From Eledone cirrhosa (Eukaryota): 64,000 nt of DNA. The stretch spans positions 371,256,001 through 371,320,000 of the forward strand of contig OZ024740.1 in assembly GCA_964016885.1 (NCBI GenBank), in the 5' to 3' direction. Below are positions 12,692-25,214 of this stretch, in pieces. The translations under genes were made by a program, and so were the position numbers. The notes under the pieces were generated by a model. It had not been told where the DNA came from. It worked only from the letters and a program-made list of their open reading frames with translations, and searched no databases. How positions within the stretch are numbered: the first letter of the stretch is position 1; every line of letters begins with the position of its first letter.

Positions 12692-13889
12692 TGATGACAT
12701 TTATTGTTTTAAATAAAGCTAAATATCAGCTTTTCAATGAGCTAACATTTGTAAATAAACAATGGAGCACCGAGTAAGTTGAAATGCAGAGAATCTTGAA
12801 TGCAAGAAAATAGCTGTGAGCACTGGTTAGAAAATTAAGTAAAATACTCCCACAGATGGAAAAAGTGGCCAGCAGCTGTTACAGAGAATCAAACTCTGTA
12901 GCTCTGGAGCAACAATGCTTGAATATAATATAAAAAGGTGGAAAATCAAAGAAAACAAGTAGTTTATCAGTTTAACAGAGAAATGTCAATGTTACATGCA
13001 TTATGACACATATTGTGTCATGCTGACTCTCCCTGAAAATTATGGTAAGGGTATCTATAGAAACTGCATGATATCATGTAGATACATGTGAACCAAGGTA
13101 TCACAATTATAGTTCATCTAAGCAAGATATTTAGATACTGGGAGTACACAACAACTCAACAGGTAGTCGGTGCTATGATTTTATGTCAATGTGAATTAAA
13201 CAGATGGGCAGAGCGGACCTCATATATACCACATAAAGAAAATATAGAGTATTTTAAAATGACCTTCCAACATCTAGATGTTTCAGTGACTATTCACCAT
13301 GTTAGTTGTTGTTGAGCTAAAGACTGTTGCTTGTTTAGCTACATCATATATAGCAGTTATTGATACCATGAGTGGTTGGTGTATAAATCAAATAGGAACA
13401 AAGGAATAAAAACATCACTTTGTACATATTAACTAGAAAGAATAAATATCAACTTTGCTTCTCATCCTTTTGAAGTAAATAAAAAGTATCAGTCTAGTAC
13501 TGGTGTCAATTCTTCTTTTATATCTCTTTCTTACTTCCTCTCTTACTTTCTATCCTTCTCTGGAAGAAATCTGCTGTGTTCAGAGACAGGCTCTGCCAGG
13601 CTTAAAATGCCCAAGAAATGCTGTATGCTACAATGGTGCCTCTATGACACCCCAATAACTCCATTGGGAGTTACTGAACCATACTATACCAATAAATGTC
13701 TTTGAGAAGTATTAAAAAATACCTCCACTGGGTGAATATAAGTTGGGATGCTTAAATACATGCTACAAATTATATAATAGAGGGACACTCATGGACTTAG
13801 CTAGAACTATCTTAATTCAGCTAGGTGAAATATTTAAATACTGAAAATGAACAATGCCACAATAGGTAGTTGGTGTTATGACTTTATGG

Positions 13890-14160
13890 ATGCAGCATGG
13901 TCAAATGGTTAAGAAGTTTACTTCATATGGTCCCAGGTTCGATCCCACCACATGACTGGTTGGGCAAATGTCATTTACCATAACCTTGGGTTGATCCAAG
14001 CCTTGTGAGTGGATCAACCCAACATGGACTGTACCTGTAATTCAAAGGATCAGCCATGTCACAATGTTGCATTGAATTACACTAAAAGTTACATTAAAGG
14101 TACACATGTCTGTGGAATGCTCAGTTACTTATGCATTAATTCATAAGCATGCTGTTCTAT
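13890..14160 (+). mobile_element. tRNA-derived SINE
   Basis: A-box-like TGGTCAAATGGTTAAG and B-box GGTTCGATCCC. The body resembles 55865-56090, and the head resembles 54903-54940. Confidence 0.6.
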
Positions 14161-15061
14161 TTCCACAATGCCCATTTTGATGCTAATCCATACTTTATTT
14201 TAAATTTGGTATATATATATGGATATGGGGAGGGTCATATTGTTGTAATATTATTGCCAGAAATAATAACGGATACACTCACTGTTTGGTTGGTTTTCGC
14301 TTCTGTATCTTTATATCTCCATAGTTAATTCATTTGGCCATCAATGTTTATCATTGACTGACCAACGGTTAAAAATACAGATATAAATGTATATATATAG
14401 TCTAACAAAATTCTTTCATTGCACATCTGCAACATCATCAGTGGTACTATTATGTTCCTCCTGTTGTATTGTATGTCTACGCCATTTTTATTTTATCTGT
14501 TTATTTATTTATTTTTGTCTTCGTCTCTGCGCATGTGTGTGTGTATAGTGTTTGGTGTGTGTGTTCACGTTTGGGTGACTGTGTTGTGGTTATTGTATTC
14601 TATCTTAGTTTATTAGTGTGTTTATATGTGTTTGTTGTTATTGTGCTTGTGTATATATTTATTTATTTATTTATTTATATTTCTCTTAAGTCAGTATTGT
14701 TTGTTTGGGTGTTGTTGTTATTCCATTCATTTTTTTCTGTTTAGCTTTGGCTTTCTAAGCTCTATTTCGCTTGCTTCTCTGATTTGCCTACCTGTTGGGT
14801 CATTTCTATGTTTAGATATTATTTTAATTTCTATGTTGTCTATGTTACCACCGTGTTGTTGTCTGGCATGTTCGTATAGTACTGAACCATTTTTTTGTCG
14901 TTTTAATTCCCCCCAGTGTTGGTCTATTCTTTCTCCTATGCTTTGAGCTGTCTCACCTATGTTTCTGCAAGTACCCTCTGTACATCTTATGCTATAGACT
15001 ACATTTCTAGTTTTACAGTTTATCTGGGGGTTTACTTTACATATAACACATTTCTTATTAG

Positions 15062-15757
15062 TAGAGCTAAGTGAGAAATTAGGAATAAGAGGGATCAGAT
15101 GCTGTTTACTTGAGAGAAGACTACGTTGGTATGGTCACGTGATGTGCATGAAAGATGACAGCTGTATAAAAAAGTGCAGGGCGATCAAAATTGATGGTAG
15201 TTATGGAGTAGGTAGACCAAGAAAAACCTGGGACGATCTGATAAATTCCCCTTACACACTTGCACCTCTCTAAGACAATGTCAGTGGACTGAGATCTTTG
15301 GCGCTACGCAGTAATACATAAGACCCGCCTTGCCTATGTACAAAGCGAAACCTACAGTCAGTAGGCACCTCTTAACCAAATATACACCCCAATCCACTAC
15401 CCCTACCCTATCCTCCCACTCCCACCAACACCACCCTCTCTCTGTAAAGTTGGTACCACAACATCCAGTCCAAATAAATGAGATAATGAGATCGAGATCG
15501 TGTAGGTGTCACAAGAAAAAACACACAGTCTGCACTGTAATGTGGCCGTGTAAGTAACACGGTAAAAAGTTCCCAGTTCCACACTGTAAATGTGGTTGGT
15601 GTTAGGAAGGGCATCCAGCCATAGAAAACCAGCCAGATAGTCCTATATGAGCGACACACGGTCACCCGACCAACCTTGCCTCAAGTGGGACAACTCCCGT
15701 CTAACCCATGCTAGTGTGGAAAATGGACGTTAAACGAAGATGATGATGATGATGATG
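15062..15757 (+). mobile_element. RTE LINE 3' portion (RTE-A family)
   Basis: ELSEKLGIRGIRCCLLERRLRWYGHV..GRPRKTWDDL, then the 3' UTR with GTTAGGAAGGGCATCCAGCC and a (GAT)n tail. It matches the end of the 27606-31442 element. Confidence 0.9.
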
Positions 15758-16580
15758 AAAGTGGGTTTTCTTAAAAGGGTATGTTTTGCTGATCAGGGAT
15801 TTCATGGTAGTTCCTGGCTTTTCTACCACTTGAATCTTTAAGTGGGTCTTTCTCAGGGCCTTTCTACATTGGTTAGCTAATTTCCCTCCAAGGGTAGCAT
15901 CCATGAACATGACACTCTGGTATCTCTGGTTGTCATACCATGAGGTGGCTTTCCCTATCTTATGTTTAGTCCTATCTAAGCAATTCCATGATTTTCTCCT
16001 GTATAATGGGCAAATTCCTTTCATGTCCAGTTCTATGAGGGTCTTATACTTCTCCGTGGCTCCTTTGTATACTGTGATTCTGTCTCTTTGGTTGTAGCCA
16101 GAGAACTGCATGCAGTTGATGAAGTGTTGGATGTGTCTTTCCATTTCTGTTGGGTTGTACATGCGGGACACATTCTTCATCACTCGTACCAAGTCTGTGA
16201 TCAGAATATTAAACTTAGCACTATTGGACATTGCTGAGTTTTTGAGTATCAGGTATTTGGAGGCCATGGGTTTAGCATAGTGTGAGTGGAGAATTTGGGC
16301 CCTCTCGTCTATAGTGTTAATCCAGAGTTCTGTGTCTAATACAGGTAGTCTATTTTTAGGGTGTTTGGAAGGGTAGTCAATAGTTACAGTTATACTCTGG
16401 TGTATGGAGTTAGCTATCTGCTGGATGCTTTCCATTGTGCTATATTCTAAATCATGTTTGTTAGTGCTCTCTTGTGGAGGTGTCCTTATTACTATATTAA
16501 TATCATCTACATAACGAGAGTATATGATGAGGTTTATGGAGCTCTCTCTCTTCAAGGAGATCTTTGAGTCTCCTTTCCCA
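15758..16580 (-). mobile_element. Penelope-like element RT/thumb fragment (open frame)
   Basis: The ORF contains RYVDD, DYPSKH..LPVLD, HYAKPMAS..SAMS..K, SGY..R, PLYR..W and VMF..T..GKLA..IQVVEKPG, which are motifs of PLE RT C-terminal and thumb regions. It is truncated before any GIY-YIG domain. Confidence 0.75.
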
Positions 16581-16633
16581 CCATACCATAAAAAGGTTGG
16601 CAACATCACGATTTCATATAAAAAACCTTGCAA

Positions 16634-16684
<51 letters not shown>

Positions 16685-16801
16685 GAGAAGAAATTGAAGT
16701 GAAGTATCTGTCTTATGTAGGCTAATACCATGCTCCAAACGAATTTGTTGAGCAAATTGTAAACAACGAGATTGAAATCACTTGATATCTATCTAAACCC
16801 T

Positions 16802-16849
<48 letters not shown>

Positions 16850-16861
16850 GTGTTAATCGAT

Positions 16862-16892
<31 letters not shown>

Positions 16893-17234
16893 ATAAAATA
16901 GGAATCTAGATTGATATCATGAGGGTTGCATAGAAGCCAACTCAATTATTTCAACCTCGTCCATAACTGCTCAATGAAAACAGGTTGGAAGAAATCTTTA
17001 GCAGAGCAAACTCTTAAACGATAAATATCATGGAGCATCAATGCATGAATATAATATAACAAATCAGAAAAACAAAGACAACAAGAAATTCAATATATAT
17101 GAGCGAGACACAGTCACCTGACCAATCTTGCCTCAAGTGGGACAAACTCGTCCAACTCATGCTAGTGTGGAAGATGGACATTAATCAATGATGATGATGA
17201 TGATGATGATGATGATATATATATATATATATAT

Positions 17235-17400
17235 AAATCAGGATGGATTTAGTTAAAAACTGGTTAGACCATTACTCACCAGAGTACTGAATAGTTGGAG
17301 TAGTAGAGTATGGTGTTATGAACGAGTCAGGACCCCAGATGTCTGGAACTAGCTGTTGAAATGGCAAGAGCTCAGCCGTCGGGGTCCTGACTCATTCATA
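17235..17400 (+). mobile_element. Short Penelope-LTR-like element with 20-bp inverted arms and a hammerhead 3' half
   Basis: TATGAACGAGTCAGGACCCC (17317-17336) pairs with GGGGTCCTGACTCATTCATA (17381-17400). It is homologous to 1280-1380 and flanked by (TA)n. Confidence 0.55.
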
Positions 17401-19061
17401 TATATATATATATATCATCATCATCATCGTTTAACGTCTATCTTCCACGCTAGCATGGTTTAGACGGGAGTTGTCCCACTTGAAGAAAGATTGGTCGGGT
17501 GACCGTGTCTCGCTCGTATAAGACTAACTGACAGGTTTTACGGCTGGATGCCCTTCCTAACACCAACCACATTTTCAGTGTGGACTGGGAGCTCTTTACC
17601 GTGTCTCCTACACTATATATATATACATTACTAATGTTTGTCTGCTACACTGCAGGATGTATTGTTTATGGGGGACTTAATGACATACACATGTATACAC
17701 ACTCCATATATATGACAAATTCCATTGATACTGGGACTATAGTAGAAGTGGAATTGAACCTGAAAGTATGAGGTTCTGATACAAACTTCATACATATGTG
17801 AGTGTTTGTCTGGATTGGTGTGTTTGTAAGATAGAAAAAGAAGGAAGGAGAAAGCATTTCTTGAAAGAATATTTTTTTCTTCCTTCCATTCTTTCTTCTT
17901 CTCTCACAACCTTTCATCTACATCCACTACTATTCCTTTTCCATTTTTCCTCTCGTCTCTTTCACTCTGCTCTATTTGTATCTCCATTACTTCTTCCTTG
18001 CTTTCATTTACTTTCTTTCCCTCCACACATCACCTCATTCTTTCATATTTTATTTTCCTCTCCCTCTTTCTCTTTTTGTCTCTCTTTTGTTTCATTGTTT
18101 CTTCCTGCTTCTTCTACCCCCATATCCTTTTCTCTTCTCTTTTACATAATTTTCTTCCTTATCTTCCTTTTCTTCTAATTTCTTTCAATTTCTTCTTTCT
18201 TCCATCCTTTCAGCGTTCACTCAATATCTTTTTCTAGCACCACTATCTTTACTCATTTCTTTCTTTTATTTTTTCTCTTTTCTTTCTTTCTTCCTTCTCT
18301 TCTGTCTATCCATCCACCTGTGTTTTCTCTCCACCAACAGTCGTAATATATATATATATGTCTGTGTATGAGTGTGTAATCCCCCTCTCTCTCTATATAT
18401 ATATGTACTTATACTTTCTATATATTTCTCTCTCTCATCCTCTTCATCATCTTCCCCATCTATCTCCTCTTCTTTTCATCACCTCCCTCTCCTCTTCTTC
18501 ACCACCTCTTGCAGAGATGCATTATCAGATTAAATCTAAAAACTGTGTTGTCATTTATCTATTAACAAAAAAAATGGAATAATATATATATATATATATA
18601 TGAAAGATGATAAAAAATATGACAGAAGATAGCAAAAAAAAAAATGCGAGCAAATACTAAACAAAAATACAAACAATCAAAAGAGATAGAACCTTACATT
18701 TCCTTCCCTTCAGCCTCCTTTACCACCTCTCCCTTTACTCTTCCAGGGCTATGAATTTCAACACATTTCAGTTCTATAGGATAGTGTTCAGTTATGGTGG
18801 TGATAATGTTGGTGCTGGTGGTATTGTTAGTGGTTATGATGTGATTGTAGTTGTGATGATAGTGGTTATGATGATGATGATGATGATGGGGATGATAGGA
18901 GTGGTAGTGGGTCTGTTGATAGTAGGGGATGTTGTTTCTGATTGGTATATGGAATTGTTTTGTGACTGATGTGTTTATGAAAGTAAACATTTAAAAAATA
19001 TTTTTTGAGAGAGAGAGGGGATTGCTGTGGAGAATAGGCAAGTGATATATATATATATATT

Positions 19062-19452
19062 ATGTTGGTGCCACAACATCCAGGCCGAAACAAATGAGAT
19101 CGTGTAGGTGTAACGACAAAAAACACACAGTCCACGCTGTAATGTGGCCGTGTAGGCAACACGGTAAAAACCTCCCAGCCCCACACTGTAAATGTGGTTG
19201 GTGTTAGGAAGGGCATCCAGCTGTAGAAAACCCGCCAGACAGTCCACGCTGTAATGTGGCTGTGTAGGCAACACGGTAAAGACCTCCCAGCCCCACACTG
19301 TAAATGTGGTTGGTGTTAGGAAGGGCATCCAGCTGTAGAAAACCCGCCAGACAGTCCTATGCGAGCAAGACAATCACTCTTGCCTCAAGTGGGAAAATCC
19401 CCGTCCAAACCCATGCAAGCGTGGAACACGGACGTTAAACGTTGATGATGAT
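19062..19452 (+). mobile_element. RTE 3' UTR copy with an internal 112-bp tandem duplication
   Basis: ACAGTCC recurs at 19127, 19239 and 19351. It has a (GAT)n tail and sits tail-to-tail with another RTE tail at 19461-19670(-). Confidence 0.85.
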
Positions 19453-19699
19453 GATATATATATCATCATCATCATCATCATTTTACGTCTGCTTTTCCCT
19501 GCTTGCAAGGGTAGGACGGGAACTGATTCTGGCTTGATTTCTACAGCCCTTCCTAACACCACCCTCATTTACAGTGAGTGCTGGGTGCTTTTTTTCCGTG
19601 GCGCCTACATGTCCACTTTACAGTGTGGGCTGAGTGCTTTTTTGCTGTGACACCTCCACAACCACTTTGTAGTGGAATGATAGGGACCCCAGTCCCTAT

Positions 19700-19848
19700 C
19701 ATCTCATTTCTACAGCTGAGTAAACTGGAGCAATATGAAATAAAGTGTCTTGCTCAAGGAAACAACACATCATCCGGTCTGAGAATTGAACTCACAACCT
19801 TTCGATTGCAAGACCAATGCTCTAACCACTAAGCCATGTGCCTCCATA
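19700..19848 (-). mobile_element. tRNA-derived SINE 5' part (Meta/MESC-like core)
   Basis: Minus strand reads TGGCTTAGTGGTTAGAGC..GAGTTCAATTC..GTTGTTTCCTTGAGCAAGACACTTTA..CTCAGCTGTAGAAATGAG. Confidence 0.75.
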
Positions 19849-20475
19849 TATACACACACACTCGCGCACACACACACACATATACATGTGCACATGTATA
19901 TATATGTATAACCACTTATATGAGTGTGTGTATATATGTATATATAACATCAGTTGAGTGTCCATAACAGGAAGTCCACTCTGTAGTAAGCCTTCAAGAC
20001 CAGGTTTTTGGTCTAAGGATGGGGCAATGTAATATCTCTTGACTGCTATTGCTTTCTATTGCAGTAACCCATCTGTTGTGGTTTGTTTACCACCTCTCCT
20101 GCATACCACCAGTTTAAGGAGCCCTAAAATAGTCAGTGCCACAGTTCCCTCTCTTCTGACAAAGTCATAAAGAAGTAAACAAAAAAAAAGCCCAAAACAA
20201 ATATAAAACACATGGTTGTAATGTTGTTGTTGTTATTTAACCTGATGCCCGAAAATCTATGATCAAAAGCAATGTAATTGGGATTATCTATGCTTTTTAG
20301 GGGAATGTAAGGTTTACATTATTTAATGTACCCTTTCCTTATTTCAAATGGTAGTGTCTGATTTGAGTGTCTGATTTGAGGAGATGTTAAACCTTTCAGG
20401 ACTGAATTCATGAAATTATTGGAATTGTTATTTCCCTGAATAAATATTCACCAAATTTATAATTCTTTTGAAATT

Positions 20476-21760
20476 CGAGGGTCAGCTGAAAAGTTCACAG
20501 GCTGACCAAAATACTCTCATGGAATGTGACCAAATGAGGTTTATTTTTCAATATAACCCCCCTTGTGGTCAACACACATCTTCTATCAGAGTTGCAGTGC
20601 TTCAATACCATTGGTGAAGAAGTTTTCATCCTGTTGGTAAAAAATGTCATCAACAGCAGATACAATGTCATCATCACTGCAATTCTGGCTCCCAACCAAG
20701 TGTTTTTTTCAGGTTGGGGAACAGATGATAATCAGATAGGGATAAATAAGGAGAATAGAGAGGGTGATCAACTAGTTCAAAGCCACTGTCATGCACAGCA
20801 GCCATTGTAACCAAGGACTTATGTGCTGGAGCATTGTCCTGATGAAGCAAGTCCCCTTTCATCAATTTTCCTGGGTATTTGGTTTTGATAGCCTTTCATA
20901 TCTGCCTCAGTAAGTTAGCATTGTACTCTCCATTAACGGTATGGCCCTTTTGAAGATAGTCAATAAAATGCCTTTTGCATCCCCAAAATTTTAGCCATCA
21001 TCTTCCCTTCAAATGGAATGACCTTGGCCTTCTTTGGAGTAGGTGAGGAAGGGTGTTTCCACTGCATCGTTTGTCTCTTTGTCTCAAGCTCAAAGTGATG
21101 AACCCAAGACTCATCCTAGGTTAGGAAACATTCAAAGAATCCTGCTGGATCTGCCTCAAACAATGTCAGATTTGTCCATGATGTGATCAGCTTGGTGTAC
21201 TTTTGATCAGGTGTCAGAAGATGTGGCACCCACTGAGCAGGAACCTTCATTATGCCTAGTTCATTGTGCAGAATATTTTCAACCCTCTTACAGGATATTC
21301 TAATAGCATTGGCTATTTGATTTATAGTCAGTTGCTGTCATCCATCACCATGTAGTGAACACAATCAGTGTTTTCCTTGGTGGTGACAGCTGCAGGACAT
21401 CTAGACTTTGGGTCATCTTCAAGACTCTCCCTTTCCCTCCTAAATTCAGTTGTCCACTTTTGCACTGTTGATAAAGCTGGAATGTCATCTAATGTAGCAA
21501 CTATATCAGCATGGATGCCCCTGGGATGCTAAATCCTTTTTCTGCAGGTATTTGATAACACTATAATGCTAAATGTTGTCCATTTTTAAAGAAGATGCTA
21601 CTAGTTACTTTTGAAGTCTTTTTTGAACAGTCAGATGTCAGTTTACCTGGAAAGAAACAATGCAGTTATTAATAAGAAGAGTTGAAATTAATGCATGCAA
21701 GATTTCACAGCTCTAGTATCACTCATTTCTAGTCAGCCTATGAACTTTTCAGCCCATATT
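20476..21760 (-). mobile_element. Full-length decayed mariner transposon (~1.29 kb)
   Basis: TIRs CGAGGGTCAGCTGAAAAGTTCACAGGCTGAC / GTCAGCCTATGAACTTTTCAGCCC. Transposase remnants include STVQKWTTEFRRG..SLEDDP, LLHQDNAPAH and HPLYSPYLSLSDYHLFPNLKK (cf. YSPDLAPSDY). It has many stops and frameshifts. Confidence 0.9.
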
Positions 21761-23102
21761 ATATCTAATATATCCTTTCCTTATTTCAGACAGTAGTGTC
21801 TCAGGACAGAATTCATGAAATTATTTACCAAATATATAATTCCTTTGAAATGCCATATAAATTGAGAAATTATATATAAATGCATAATTAAGTAATAAAA
21901 TAAGAGTATTGAACTTTCTTGAATGGACAAAATAAAGCAATTTCGAAGGAGAGTTATTAATACAACCCTCTTGTTTAAGTATAAGGTAACAAATGCCAGT
22001 TGCTTCATTGTTACCACTCATAAAAAGATGATGCTATAGCTGTATGAGCTATAAATGTCATAACTTTTAGCAATATATATTTCCAACTAGGTTTTTAGGT
22101 TATACTCATGGAATATATATATGCCATCAGTCTTGAGAGGGTTAATGTGCTGAATGATTGGCCACATATAAGGTCATCAACTCAAACCTTGTTACCACAG
22201 CTTTTCTGCTGTTCTCAAAACCTTACATGCGCTAGTTTACCTGACTAATAAAGTTCCATTGAGTGGTTATGATGGTTGTGGTGCTGGCAGTGAGGATGAT
22301 GATGGTGCATTCAATTGTGTTGTGGTCTAATGGGTTTTTAAAAATAGAAATAGAAATTTATCTCAATAAAATTCATAAAACAAGATGAGTTAGCATGCTG
22401 TGAGGTGAGAAGAGGTCAGTTCTGATGTTTTTGGCAGAAGCCTTCATTGAACATATTTTATAAACCATTTTGTTTTGTTGATGTGACACATAGTTGTCTT
22501 TCCCTCATAAATTTATGTTCCTTCTAAGAGAGATAAACAAAGAAGAAAATTTTAGAAACACAAAAATTTAACTGGAAGCTTAAGTTCAAGCCAAGCTATT
22601 GTAATCAATTATCACTCATTCCTTTCCCTAAGTATGTAAATTAACTTCTGAGAAATTAATTCTTAATTTCTCGAAATTATCCCCCTTGCTTTGAAAGTTG
22701 TTAGCAATTTTTTCTTTCTTCACTAACAAGAGTTTCAATTAATTAAAACATTGATTACATATGACTGTATGTGCCTGGTTTTTAGAATAGGTACACTTTT
22801 TCCCTGCATGTGGTAAGAGGTGACTAAAAGGGTTGGCCCGAAGAAGGGCATCTGACTGTAGCACATTGTCCAATCCATTCCAAGATGGAAAGTGGACATG
22901 GCATTGATAATGACAATCAGAACATCACTCATTAACTTACTTTTAGTGCTTGGTCAAGTTTGTCGGAATGACGAAACAGATTTTACTTTAAGTTTACAGT
23001 TGATTAGTTTTTTTTGTTTAACCACAGGTTAACTCTGTACTACATTGACAAGAAGGGAAGAGCGAGTGAAAGAGAAAGAATATGCGTATGTGTGTGTGTG
23101 TG

Positions 23103-23184
<82 letters not shown>

Positions 23185-23261
23185 GGAGGTGAGTTTTATT
23201 GTAGTACAATAAAGCAATGCAGTATATGTATGTATGTATATATGTATGTATGTATATATGT

Positions 23262-23750
23262 ATCATCATCATCATCGTTTAATATCTATCTTCCACGTTA
23301 GCATGGGTTAGATGGGAATTGTCCACTTGAGGCAAGATTGATCGGGTGACTGTGTCTCGCTTGCATAGAACTGTATCTGGCAGGTTTTCTACGGCTGGAT
23401 GCCCTTCCTAACACCAACCACATTTACAGTGTGGACTGGGAGCCTTTTTACAGTGTTACCTACACGACCACATTACAGCGTGGACTGTGTGTTTTTTATT
23501 GTGACACCTACACGACCTTGTGACAGCCCACACTGTAAAGTGGTCATGTAAAAGGCACGGTAAAAAGCACTCAGCACACACTGTAAATGTGTTTGGTGCT
23601 AGGAAGGGGATCCAGCCATAGAAAACCAGTCAGAAACAGTGTTATATGAGTGAGACATGGTCACCCGACCCAACTTGCCTTTAAATGGGACAAACCCGTT
23701 TAACCCATGCTAGTGTGGAAGATGGACGTTAAACGATGATGATGATGATA
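23262..23750. mobile_element. Two RTE 3' UTR fragments joined in opposite orientation
   Basis: A (CAT)n-tailed minus copy (~23262-23520) directly abuts a plus copy (~23522-23750) that ends in (GAT)n. Confidence 0.8.
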
Positions 23751-24249
23751 TAGAAAGTGAGAGAGAGAGAAGTGAGATGTGATAAAGAAATTAAAAAAGT
23801 TGTAAACATGTTATTTAGACTAAGAACATACCTATCATTAAAGGATTCCAACCATCATCAATCTGTCTTTTATTTAGGTAGTTTATATCAGACATTATCC
23901 AATTATCTTTCCTTAAAAAAAAAATTGTTTTTACAACTGGTATGTTTTCTTAATGCCAACTACACTACAAAGTGTACTGAGTGCGTTTTATTATGATAGC
24001 AGCACTAGAGAAGTTGTCTTGTCTTTGGCTCAACTAAAGAGTCTTCACTTCCTTTATTTTTAATTCAGTAGGTTGTAATTGGAGGAAGAGGGCTATGATT
24101 TCTACTAAGCTGAGAGACCTTGTAGAGGCAACATCTTTAAGCTGTAAATAAAGAGTTTATGGAAAAAAAATGTTGAACAGATGGCTATGAGTTTATAGTT
24201 AAATACCATACTCAGTTATTTTACTTCACCAGCAAGACTAAGGACATTG

Positions 24250-24640
24250 AGCACCCTAGCACTGCAATGAAGTAGTGCTGGTGCCACAACTGAAGAACCC
24301 AGTCTACCCCGTAAGATGGTAGTGCTGGTGCCATGATGAAAAGCAGCCAGTCAACCCAATAAGGTGGTAGTGCTGGAGTCATAATAAAATGCTTGCTGTA
24401 CACACTGTAAAGTATTTGGTATTTGAAAGGGCATTCAGCCATAGAAACTATGCTCCCAGTACATGTTATAAAATGATTTGTGTTAGGAAGGACATTCAGT
24501 TGTAGAAATCAAGCCAAAACAAAGCATACAAGCAGGAGCTAGTCACCAGAGCAGTTTGGCCTCTGCATGTGCCAGTCACGTCTAACTCATGCAAGCATGG
24601 AAAATAGATGTTAAATGATGATGATAATGATATTGATGAT
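24250..24640 (+). mobile_element. Old SINE/RTE-tail element with internal GTAGTGCTGGTGCCA repeats
   Basis: Repeated units followed by GTTAGGAAGG(G)CAT and a (GAT)n tail. Similar copies lie at 1860-2045 and 11260-11420. Confidence 0.6.
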
Positions 24641-24811
24641 TAGAGCAGATACAATTTTTCACTGATGGGAATTGTATGCCTGATGCATATTAGATTCTTT
24701 TCTTTCATTGCTGGGCTCAGATACCCCATGGGCATCCTCATAATATAAATGAATAATAAATAGATAATAGAAAACAAAAGAAAAGTTAAGAAGTAAACTA
24801 GTAAAATGACT

Positions 24812-25214
24812 ACCATACCATCTCTGCCCGTGGTCTTCCTCTACTGTGTCTTCTTTCCACTGGGATTACTTGGCACTTCACCCAGCGGTCATCGTCAATG
24901 TGCATCACATGGCCATACCAACGTAGTCTTCTCTCCTGCTCATTACAGCTTATTCCTCTTATAAACAGTTTCTCTCTCATCTTGTCCATGCTTGGTCGTT
25001 CACAAGCATTGTCATTGCACATCCATCAAAGCATGCTTGCTTCATTTCTCTCCATCCTTCACATATCCTCTGCAATTGCTGCCCACGTCTCACTACCATG
25101 CAGCAGTGTACATCACACACAGGCATCATACAGCTGACCTTTTGTTCGTAGGGAGAAATTCTTTGTTGTCAATGAAGGAAGCAGCTCCTTAAACTTCTTC
25201 CATCCTGTCCTTAT
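24812..25214 (-). mobile_element. RTE LINE C-terminal fragment
   Basis: Encodes GWKKFKELLP..HGSETWA..RNEASML..RRLRWYGHV..RGRPRA. Confidence 0.85.

Noticed and set aside
22950-22990. Hammerhead-like GTC-GGAAT-GAC-GAAAC
   Set aside because: There is no CUGANGA upstream and no helix I or III pairing.
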